From the NCBI GenBank assembly GCA_049799515.1, contig JBARIA010000119.1, positions 18,613-82,612 on the forward strand: 64,000 bases of DNA, read 5' to 3'. The notes beneath the pieces were generated by a model. It was not told the DNA's origin. It worked only from the letters and a program-made list of their open reading frames with translations, and did not search any database. The stretch comes from Candidatus Dormiibacterota bacterium. GTDB taxonomy: Bacteria; Chloroflexota; Dormibacteria; Aeolococcales; Bog-877. How positions within the stretch are numbered: the first letter of the stretch is position 1; each line of letters starts with the position of its first letter. Positions 56,839-64,000 of the stretch are shown one piece after another. The translations under genes were made by a program, and so were the position numbers.

Positions 56839-57849
56839 ATGATGAATTTGCGTACTGTTTCGATCGCCGCCGCCGCACTTGCGTTGATCGGCCTGGGGGC
56901 CACGACAGCCCTGGCCCGCTCGGGGCGCAGCCCAGAGTCTCTGACCATGGGCCAGGTGCAGTCGGTCAACGGCTCGACTGGGGCCCAGAGCTGCGAAACC
57001 CATGGCACCGCCGGGACCCTGACCCTCCTGCTGCGCAACGGCACCACCGAGACGGTGGAGGTGAGCAGCGCCACCGCACTCTCCGAGTCTGGGAAGAGCT
57101 CGCCCTCCCTGGCAGACATATGTGTGGGCGATTGGCTGACCACTTCCGGCACCTCATCTGGGAGCGTCCTGGCCGCCAGCAAGCTATCGGTCGCAACTCC
57201 TGGCTCCTTCGGGGCGGTGGAGTCGGTGGACGGGGCAGCTGCGCCGGGGAGCTGCGGCGCCACAGCTGGGTCGGGAAGCTTCACGGTCCAGGGCTGGGGC
57301 GCCTCGCCGCCGACCTGGACGGTCAGGGTCGGCTCCGGTACCACCTTCTACCAGCGAGGCACCTCGAGCGCCACGTTCGCCAACCTCTGCGTCGGGGATT
57401 GGGCGGCCGCCTCCGGAACGGTGACCGGACCCGATGCCCTAAGCGCCAGCCGGGTGGGGATCACCACTCCGCGGCTGCTTGGTGAGGTGCAGTCGGTCGA
57501 CGGGACCGCTACTGCCGGGACCTGTGGCAGTGCCAGAAGCACCGGCAGCTTCGATCAAGGGGGGAGAGGGCACACCACCTGGACCGTCAAGGTGACCTCC
57601 AGCACCACCTTCATCCAGCCCAGCGCCAGCTCAGCATCCTTCGCCAGCGTCTGCGTCGGCGACTCAGTGGCGGCCTTCGGTTCCGCCTCGGGGACCACCT
57701 TGACCGCCTCTTCGGTCGTGGTCAACGTCCCTGTCTCCAACCATCCGGCTGGGCCGCCTGGCGGCAGCCAGCCGGCCCAGCGCAAGGACCCGATTCCCGT
57801 TCAGCCTCAGCCGATCTTTCCGGGCGGCATCGTCGGTTCAGGATCCTGA
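56839..57849 (+). CDS. Secreted protein with three tandem ~90-aa Cys-containing repeats and a Pro-rich C-terminal tail
   Basis: The ORF track gives 56815..57849. I prefer ATG 56839 (MMNLRTVSIAAAALALIGLGATTALA signal peptide). The repeats have the form G-x-V-[QE]-SV-[ND]-G...C...G[ST][LF]T...W/TV.V...TF...S[AS]FA..CVGD[WS]..A.G. Confidence 0.7.
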   Translation: MMNLRTVSIAAAALALIGLGATTALARSGRSPESLTMGQVQSVNGSTGAQSCETHGTAGTLTLLLRNGTTETVEVSSATALSESGKSSPSLADICVGDWLTTSGTSSGSVLAASKLSVATPGSFGAVESVDGAAAPGSCGATAGSGSFTVQGWGASPPTWTVRVGSGTTFYQRGTSSATFANLCVGDWAAASGTVTGPDALSASRVGITTPRLLGEVQSVDGTATAGTCGSARSTGSFDQGGRGHTTWTVKVTSSTTFIQPSASSASFASVCVGDSVAAFGSASGTTLTASSVVVNVPVSNHPAGPPGGSQPAQRKDPIPVQPQPIFPGGIVGSGS

Positions 57850-58467
57850 TCCCAGATCAGCTGAGACCGGGTCGCGGCGGCCGACTGAAAGACCGGCCCT
57901 CGATGACCGACCTGACCCCAGCAGGAAGGGACCGATTGGTTACGGTGCGCACTCGCCACTTTCCTCGATTACCTCACCGGTGAGCTGCTGAGCAGCGGGG
58001 ATGTCGGCGCAGCTAATTAGCTGGCCTGCCCACCGATGTTGGGCAGACACCGATTGCTGCGAACCTCCATTTCAGCGCGCTATCGAGACGCGCGGGTTTC
58101 ACTGGCACTCGCCGGAGTGAGTGGAACCAACCTCAACATCCCTCACTAAAAACCCATGCAGAGATGGCTAGTTCTGGTGCAGGCAAAGCGCTCGACTGCG
58201 CACCACTTGGAGTTGCGGTACGTCCTCCTGAGCCGGTGCCGGGCGAACCACCCAGCTCTGGCTAGCGCACCCGACCGATGATGCGCGACCGGTGGCGCCG
58301 TCCTTGACATGCTCTCCCGATCCCTGCCATCCTCGCGCGGAGGGACCTCTTTCGGGACTGGTGGTTGTCGCAGGCGCGACCGTCCTAAGTGGGGCTGGCA
58401 CCCACTGGATGCGTTAGGTCGGGGTTCTGGGCGCGGATCGATGTTCGAACAAGGGAGAGCAAGGCGG

Positions 58468-60186
58468 ATGGAGACCACCAGCACCAACCCGAATCTGCCC
58501 AGTCGGGGACTCGTCGTAGGCCGTGAGCGGGCTGCTGCCCGGGCCATGCTCAAGGGCACCGGACTGACCGACGCTGATCTCTCCCGGCCCCTGATCGGCA
58601 TCGCCAACACCTGGATCGAGACCATGCCCTGCAACCTGGGGTTGCGGGCTCTGGCGGAGCACGTCAAACAGGGGATCCGGGCGGCCGGGGCGACCCCCCT
58701 GGAGTTCAACACCATCGCCATCAGCGACGGGGTTTCCATGGGTACCCAGGGCATGAAGGCATCGCTGATCAGCCGGGAGCTGATCGCCGACTCCATCGAG
58801 CTGGTCTGCCGCGGCCACCTCCTGGACGGGGTGGTGGCGCTGGTGGCCTGCGACAAGACCATCCCGGGGGCGGCCATGGCACTGGCCCGACTCGACCTGC
58901 CCGGCTGCCTGCTCTACGGTGGCGCCATCCAGCCCGGTCGCTTCCGGGGACGGGACGTCACCATCATCGACGTTTTCGAGGCGATCGGCAGCGTCGAGGC
59001 CGGCCGCATGACCGACCAGGATCTGTCGGAGCTGGAGGACGTCGCCTGCCCGGGGGCCGGGGCTTGTGGCGGACAGTTCACCGCCAACACCATGGCCATG
59101 GTGATCGAGCTGCTGGGGGTCGCTCCTATGCAGACGGGAGGGGTGGCGGCGACTGATCCGGCCAAGCCGGCCGTCGCCAGGGAGGTGGGCCGAGCGGTGG
59201 TCGAGATGGTGCGCCAGGACCGCCGGCCCAGCTCCTATCTGAGCCCAGCCTCCTTCCACAACGCGGTGGCCGGGGTGATGGCCACCGGGGGATCGACCAA
59301 CGCCGTGCTTCACCTGATGGCGATCGCCCGCGACGCCAACATCCCCCTGGTCATCGATGACTTCGACGTGATCAGTCAGCGAACCCCCTGGATCGCCGAC
59401 CTCCGGCCCGGCGGCCGCTACAACGCCGTCGACCTAACCAAAGCAGGCGGCGTCGCCCTGGTGGCGCGCCGGCTCCTGGAGCGAGACCTCCTCCAAGGAG
59501 ACGCCGGGACCTGCACCGGTCAGACCCTCGCCAAAGCCGCGAGCTCAGCCGCGGCCGTCTACCCCGAACCTCCTGAGCAGGATGTGGTCAGAAGGCTGGA
59601 CCACCCGCTCACCGAAACCGGGGGGATGGCAATCCTGCACGGTCCCCTGACCCCGGAGGGGGGAGTGGTCAAGGTGGCTGGCCACGAGCGCCGACACCAC
59701 ACTGGCCCCGCCCGCGTTTTCGACTCCGAGGAGGAGGCGATGGCCGCCGTCAAGGCCCAGCAGATCAGCCCCGGGGACGTGGTGGTCGTCCGCTACGAGG
59801 GGCCGCGAGGCGGCCCTGGGATGAGGGAGATGCTGGGAGTGACCGCGGCCCTGGTGGGCCAGGGACTGGGTGAGCAGGTGGCCCTGATGACCGACGGCCG
59901 ATTCAGCGGGGCCACCCACGGGTTGATGGTCGGGCACGTGGCTCCAGAGGCCGCAGTCGGGGGACCGATCGCTTTCCTGGTCGATGGGGATGAGATCACC
60001 ATCGATGTCGACAGCCGCTCCATCTCCAGCTCGGTGGAGGCCGACGAGTGGGCCCGCCGGGCCGCGGCCTGGTCACCTCGACCGGCCCTGACGGGTACCA
60101 GCGCCTTCGCCCGCTACGCCCACCTGGTCGGGACGGCCTCCCGCGGCGCGGTGCTGGTGGTGGGAGAGAAGGTGGAGCCGTCCTGA
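58468..60186 (+). CDS. ilvD: Dihydroxy-acid dehydratase
   Basis: The ORF track gives 58309..60186. I trim the start to ATG 58468 ([33 protein letters not shown]...PLIGIANTW). Further motifs are [19 protein letters not shown] and [11 protein letters not shown]. Confidence 0.92.
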   Translation: METTSTNPNLPSRGLVVGRERAAARAMLKGTGLTDADLSRPLIGIANTWIETMPCNLGLRALAEHVKQGIRAAGATPLEFNTIAISDGVSMGTQGMKASLISRELIADSIELVCRGHLLDGVVALVACDKTIPGAAMALARLDLPGCLLYGGAIQPGRFRGRDVTIIDVFEAIGSVEAGRMTDQDLSELEDVACPGAGACGGQFTANTMAMVIELLGVAPMQTGGVAATDPAKPAVAREVGRAVVEMVRQDRRPSSYLSPASFHNAVAGVMATGGSTNAVLHLMAIARDANIPLVIDDFDVISQRTPWIADLRPGGRYNAVDLTKAGGVALVARRLLERDLLQGDAGTCTGQTLAKAASSAAAVYPEPPEQDVVRRLDHPLTETGGMAILHGPLTPEGGVVKVAGHERRHHTGPARVFDSEEEAMAAVKAQQISPGDVVVVRYEGPRGGPGMREMLGVTAALVGQGLGEQVALMTDGRFSGATHGLMVGHVAPEAAVGGPIAFLVDGDEITIDVDSRSISSSVEADEWARRAAAWSPRPALTGTSAFARYAHLVGTASRGAVLVVGEKVEPS

Positions 60187-61031
60187 GCGGGTCCGGCTCC
60201 GACTCAGAGCCGACCGGACCGGTCGCCTACCAGGGGGAGCCAGGTGCCTACTCGGACGAGGCCGCCCAGCAACTCTTCCCGGGAGTCGCAACCGTGGGGC
60301 ACCCTACCTTCGCCCTGGCCTTCGCCGCCGTCGAGGAAGGGCGGGCCCAGGCCGCCGTGCTGCCGGTCGAGAACAGCGTGGCCGGCGTGGTTCAGGAGGT
60401 CTCCGACCTGCTCTGGGCGCATCCTCGGCTCACCGTTGTCGGGGAGCACGTCAGCCCGATCCGGCATCACCTGCTGAGCCGAGGGGAGGCACCGGTTCTT
60501 CGTGCCCTCTCCCATCCCCAGGCGCTGGCCCAGTGCGCCGGCTGGCTGGCGCAGCACCAGATCACCCCGGTCCCGGTTCACGACACCGCCGGCGCCGCCC
60601 GGGAGGTTGCCGAGCGCGGCGGACCGACCGACGGCGCTATCGCCAGCCGGGCAGCTGCCGAGCGCTACCAGCTGCAGATCGTGGCGGCCGATATCGCCGA
60701 CCAGCCCAGCAACCGCACCCGCTTTCTGGTGGTGCGGTCGGGCCCAGTCCTGGCCCCCGGTGCCGGAACTCTGAAGCTGGCCCTGGGCTTGGTGGCGGAG
60801 CACCGCCCAGGTGGTTTGGCCCAGGTCCTCCAGGTCTTCGCCGGGGAGGAGGTCAACTTGACCCGACTGGACTCCCGGCCGATTCCTGAGCAGCCCTTCA
60901 ACTACCGCTTCTACGTGGACGCGGAGGTGGCGGAGGCGCGGCAGCTACCGCCTCTGCTGGCGGCGCTGACGGAGGCAACCGCTGAGCTGCGCCTGTTCGG
61001 CGCCTACCCCAGCCTTCCCGCCGCCAGCTGA
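60048..61031 (+). CDS. pheA: Prephenate dehydratase (PDT domain plus ACT domain); start uncertain
   Basis: Contains [30 protein letters not shown] and [18 protein letters not shown]. The only ATG/GTG/TTG in frame upstream of the conserved N-terminus is GTG 60048, which overlaps ilvD by 139 nt. A CTG lies at 60183. Confidence 0.8.
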   Translation: MGPPGRGLVTSTGPDGYQRLRPLRPPGRDGLPRRGAGGGREGGAVLSGSGSDSEPTGPVAYQGEPGAYSDEAAQQLFPGVATVGHPTFALAFAAVEEGRAQAAVLPVENSVAGVVQEVSDLLWAHPRLTVVGEHVSPIRHHLLSRGEAPVLRALSHPQALAQCAGWLAQHQITPVPVHDTAGAAREVAERGGPTDGAIASRAAAERYQLQIVAADIADQPSNRTRFLVVRSGPVLAPGAGTLKLALGLVAEHRPGGLAQVLQVFAGEEVNLTRLDSRPIPEQPFNYRFYVDAEVAEARQLPPLLAALTEATAELRLFGAYPSLPAAS

Positions 61032-61065
61032 CCGGGGATCTCCGATCGACAGAAGGAGACGGTGG

Positions 61066-62706
61066 TCAGCCAGGCTGGGCCAGAGGCGGCAGAGGCAGGG
61101 CCACCGGTTGGGTGAGCGGGTGGGAGAGCCGGGCCAGCACCAGCGCCGGGCTCAGGGCGGCCGCCCGGAAGTGGAGTTCTAGGTACCGTTCCAGGGTCCG
61201 GTTCCAGGGGATGCGGGAGCCGCTGAGCGGAGTCAGCACCAGGTAGTCGGCCCGCCGGAAGTAGGAGAGCCAGGTCGGCGCCGCCTTCTGGGCGCTCGGG
61301 CTGCTGGGGAGCTGGCTCCCGGAAATCGCGATCGTGGTACCGAGTCCGTCGACCAGCAAGGGACAGTTGGCCGAATCTGCCACGTAGCGGTTGGCGGTAA
61401 GGGTGTACTCGGGATCGTCGGTGACCACGCAGCTGCCTGCCGGGATGAGGGCGGCGATCTCCGCGCCCGGGGTTGGGGCCTTCTCCAGCAGCAGCGGAAT
61501 CGCCAGTGCGTGCAGTAGCCCGATGGCCCCGACCAGGGCCACCAAACCGAGCACGGGCTGGGGGTGGAGAGGACCGAGCCGGCCCACCGCAAGCCCCACC
61601 AGGAGAGCCAGGAAGGGACCGAAGAAGGCGGCATAGTGATAGAAAAAATCGGCTGGGATCAGAAGGGCCACGCCGGTCAGGAGGGTGCACCCCAAGGCGA
61701 ACATCTCCAGCTGGCTCAGGCGCCCGCGGTGGCCCTTGGCGCCGCCGCTCCCCGCCCCGTGGGCCTGGCCGAGCGAGGTCCCGAACCCGGCCAGGACCAC
61801 AGCCCCGATCCCGATCAGGGCCGCGGCGGCCAGGAATTCGTAGAGATGGCCGGTGGGGACTCCCAGTCCGGGCCACACCCCGGTCAGGAACTCCAGCCGG
61901 ATCAACGGCGAGAGGGCCGAGGCACCGGTTCGGCCGGCCTGGTCCACCACCACCTGGTGCCAGAAGGCGGTGGGGGCAGCGATCAGGAAGGGGAGGGCCG
62001 GTAGCAGAAAACCCAGCCCGGCACCGCCGATCAGGGTCGTGGCCCGGGACGGTCTGGGAAGGCAGAGCAGCAGCAGGATCGCGGCGGGAAAGACGGCCCA
62101 GAGTTTGATGTCTGCGCCGAACCCGAGGGCGGCTCCAGCCCAGAACACCCGCCAGCCGGAAGCGCTCAGCCGATCACCGTCGAAGATGGCCACCAGCGCC
62201 AGCAGGCAGAAGAGGATCAGGAAGGGCTCCAGAAGCAGCGCGGTGGAGGCCAGGATGTCGTCGGGAAAGACCGCCAGGAGCAGGCAGCTGGTCGCCACCA
62301 CCAGCCGGGAGCGGTGGCGCAAGAGCACTCCCAGCAGCACCACGTTGGCTCCGGCCACCACCGGTACCGCCAGCCTGGCCAGCTCCAGGCCCCGGTCGGT
62401 TCCGACCCAGTTGGAGAGGAGCGCGAAGGGGGTGAGCAGCAGGGTCACCCCCGGAGGCTGGATGAACACGAAGTCCCGGTAGGGCAGATGGCCGTGGATC
62501 AGCATCACCGCCGATCCGAAGTAGACCCCGTCGTCGTACTCGAAGACCCCGGACAGATGATGAGCCATCACCAGCGTCGCCACTCGGAGGGCGATCGCGA
62601 GGATGGCCCCAGCAGCGACGATCTTGCGCCAGCCGGTCCCTCCGGGACTGGCGAGAGCGAGATGGTCGCTGGGCTCCTTGTTCCAGCGCCCGGCGCTGGC
62701 GCTCAC
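61066..62706 (-). CDS. Integral membrane glycosyltransferase, GT-C fold (ArnT/PMT_2/DUF2029-like)
   Basis: 546 aa with more than 10 TM segments. The first extracytoplasmic loop motif is YDDGVYFGSAVMLIHGHLPYRDFVFIQPPG. Confidence 0.7.
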   Translation of the reverse strand: MSASAGRWNKEPSDHLALASPGGTGWRKIVAAGAILAIALRVATLVMAHHLSGVFEYDDGVYFGSAVMLIHGHLPYRDFVFIQPPGVTLLLTPFALLSNWVGTDRGLELARLAVPVVAGANVVLLGVLLRHRSRLVVATSCLLLAVFPDDILASTALLLEPFLILFCLLALVAIFDGDRLSASGWRVFWAGAALGFGADIKLWAVFPAAILLLLCLPRPSRATTLIGGAGLGFLLPALPFLIAAPTAFWHQVVVDQAGRTGASALSPLIRLEFLTGVWPGLGVPTGHLYEFLAAAALIGIGAVVLAGFGTSLGQAHGAGSGGAKGHRGRLSQLEMFALGCTLLTGVALLIPADFFYHYAAFFGPFLALLVGLAVGRLGPLHPQPVLGLVALVGAIGLLHALAIPLLLEKAPTPGAEIAALIPAGSCVVTDDPEYTLTANRYVADSANCPLLVDGLGTTIAISGSQLPSSPSAQKAAPTWLSYFRRADYLVLTPLSGSRIPWNRTLERYLELHFRAAALSPALVLARLSHPLTQPVALPLPPLAQPG

Positions 62707-62831
62707 AAAAATCCCTCGGCCCAGCCTAATGGGCTCAAGCTTCCGCTCCCCTCTTGCTTAGCTCATCCGCGCGGGCGTCAGTCTAGTTGTGCGGGGCTCA
62801 ATTCGGCGCTGGCGGAGACTCGGAGATTCGG

Positions 62832-63581
62832 TCAGGTGCGCAGGTAAGAGGCGCCATTTATGTCCAGCACCGCCCCACTGGTGAACTCCGCCTCGGGCGA
62901 GGCGAAGAAGACGGCGGCGGCGGCGATCTCTTCCGGTCGGGCCATCCGGCCGAACGGGCTCTGGCTCAGGATCTCGGCACCCCGCGGTCGCTTCAGCTCC
63001 TGGTTGGACATGTCGGTCGCCACCCAGCCGGGGGCGATGGTCATCACTCCGATTCCGTGAGCCCCCAGCGCTCGCGCCAACGACTGGCCGAAGGCGTTGA
63101 GACCGGCCTTGCTGGCGCCGTAGGCTGGCTGGTCGGGCTCTCCCCGGAAAGCTCCCCGGGAGCTGATGTTGATGATCCGTCCCCCCCGACCCAGCATCTG
63201 CTGGACCGCCCAATAGGTGACGAAGGCGGGGCCGCTCAGGTTGACGGCCATGGTCCGGTCCCAGGCCTTGCGCCAGGTCTCGAAGTCATCCGTGGTGATG
63301 TCGTGGAGGAGGCTGACCCCGGCGTTGTTGACCAGAACGTCAAGGCCGCCTAGCGCCGCCACGGTGGACTCCACCAGCTGCTTGGCTGCCTCGGGATCAG
63401 CCAGATCGGCCTGAATCGCGATGTGGCCAGAGCCGGGCAGAGAGCGCACCAACTCTTCTGCCTCCGCTCCTGAGTCGCGGTGGTTGACCACCACCAGGTC
63501 TCCGGCCGCGGCGAAGGCCTGAGCGGTCGCCCGGCCGATGCCCCGGGATGCGCCGGTGACCAGGACTGCCCGAGCCGGCAC
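62832..63581 (-). CDS. Short-chain dehydrogenase/reductase (FabG-like)
   Basis: 249 aa with VLVTGASRGIGRATAQAF, NNAG, and YGASKAG as the catalytic YxxxK. Confidence 0.85.
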   Translation of the reverse strand: MPARAVLVTGASRGIGRATAQAFAAAGDLVVVNHRDSGAEAEELVRSLPGSGHIAIQADLADPEAAKQLVESTVAALGGLDVLVNNAGVSLLHDITTDDFETWRKAWDRTMAVNLSGPAFVTYWAVQQMLGRGGRIINISSRGAFRGEPDQPAYGASKAGLNAFGQSLARALGAHGIGVMTIAPGWVATDMSNQELKRPRGAEILSQSPFGRMARPEEIAAAAVFFASPEAEFTSGAVLDINGASYLRT

Positions 63582-63675
63582 GGCTTCCCCCTCCTCGATT
63601 GCTGGCAGGCGCCAGGCCGACTGAGACGATCTAGCCTCAGTTTAGGTAGCGGGAGCCAGGGGAGTGGAGGCCAGA

Positions 63676-64000
63676 ATGAGAGCTGTGCCCAGTGCCCCGA
63701 TCTTGCTCGCCGGCCACCCGGTCCATCGGATGGGCTTCGGGGCCATGCAACTTCCCGGGCCAGGAGTGCTCGGACCGCCAGCCGACCGTGGGCTGGCGCT
63801 GGCGGTGCTGCGTCGGGCCGTCGAGGCCGGTGTCGACCATATCGACACCGCCCAGTTCTACGGTCCCGACGTTGCCAACGAACTGATCCGTGAGGCGCTC
63901 CACCCCTACCCCGAGGAGCTGGTGCTGGTCTCCAAGGTGGGTGCGGCGCGCGACCAACAGGGAAAGTGGCTCTCCGCCCAGCGTCCCGAGGAGCTGCGAT
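63676..64000 (+). CDS. Aldo/keto reductase (N-terminal part; runs off the right window edge)
   Basis: Absent from the ORF track because there is no stop in the window. My translation from ATG 63676 reads MRAVPSAPILLAGHPVHRMGFGAMQLPGPGV...AVEAGVDHIDTAQFYGPDVANELIREAL. The DTAxxYG motif is present, with GGAG upstream. Confidence 0.75.
   Translation, partial: MRAVPSAPILLAGHPVHRMGFGAMQLPGPGVLGPPADRGLALAVLRRAVEAGVDHIDTAQFYGPDVANELIREALHPYPEELVLVSKVGAARDQQGKWLSAQRPEELR

Noticed and set aside
56560-57003. 147-aa minus-strand ORF overlapping the ilv promoter/leader and the start of the repeat-protein gene
   Set aside because: It has no SD and an Arg/Gly/Pro-rich translation. It overlaps a plus-strand gene that has a signal peptide and a clear repeat structure. 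The region is better explained by the promoter and leader elements.
58300-58467. T-box riboswitch upstream of ilvD (ACTGGTGGTTGTCGCAGG vaguely resembles the T-box GGTGGTACCGCG core)
   Set aside because: Only the GGTGG pentamer matches. I could find no specifier-loop/AGAGA/F-box arrangement and no terminator/antiterminator pair. It needs a covariance-model scan and is not claimed.

Overview
High-GC bacterial chromosomal segment, densely coding: about 60 CDS. I recognised no rRNA, tRNA, CRISPR array, transposase or integrase. All family calls come from reading motifs in the supplied translations and from my own translation of two edge-truncated frames. No database search was run.

Layout, left to right:
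- 1-6.5 kb, minus strand: a Liv-type (HAAT) ABC uptake operon, translationally coupled to a benzoylformate-decarboxylase-like ThDP enzyme.
- 6.8-9.7 kb: a CoxS/CoxM/MocA/CoxG molybdo-hydroxylase accessory set with no large subunit.
- 9.8-25 kb: a mixed accessory stretch. It holds an ECF sigma factor, a YceI protein, a methyltransferase, MarR, a YVTN beta-propeller surface protein, an intradiol dioxygenase, DUF885, an SDR, a Fic protein with a lipoprotein, TetR with a DrrAB-like ABC exporter, and a GNAT.
- 25-32 kb: pdxH, asd, then a thrC-like / thrB / aspartate kinase / thrC cluster with two threonine-synthase paralogs.
- 32.9-41.7 kb: an Lrp-centred divergent island. One arm carries a class II amidotransferase, a GS-like ligase and a Dabb protein. 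The other carries a cupin, an SDR, a class IV aminotransferase, a CMD protein, an APC permease and an amidohydrolase_2.
- 41.7-46.6 kb, minus strand: a five-gene, tightly overlapped cluster built around a phosphosulfolactate synthase (ComA) homolog. The order is histidine phosphatase, ComA, VOC, ANL ligase, membrane acyltransferase_3.
- 46.7-56.6 kb, minus strand: a branched-chain amino-acid supraoperon (orf63-ilvB-ilvN-ilvC-leuA-leuB-cimA-leuC-leuD). It is preceded by a near-consensus promoter, an Ile/Leu/Val-rich leader peptide and a strong intrinsic terminator, which together form an attenuator.
- 56.8-64 kb: a secreted triple-repeat protein, ilvD, pheA, a GT-C membrane glycosyltransferase, an SDR and a truncated aldo/keto reductase.

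The best candidates for undescribed biology are the ComA-centred cluster and the Lrp-controlled GS-like/amidotransferase island. Both interpretations are inference from gene content.
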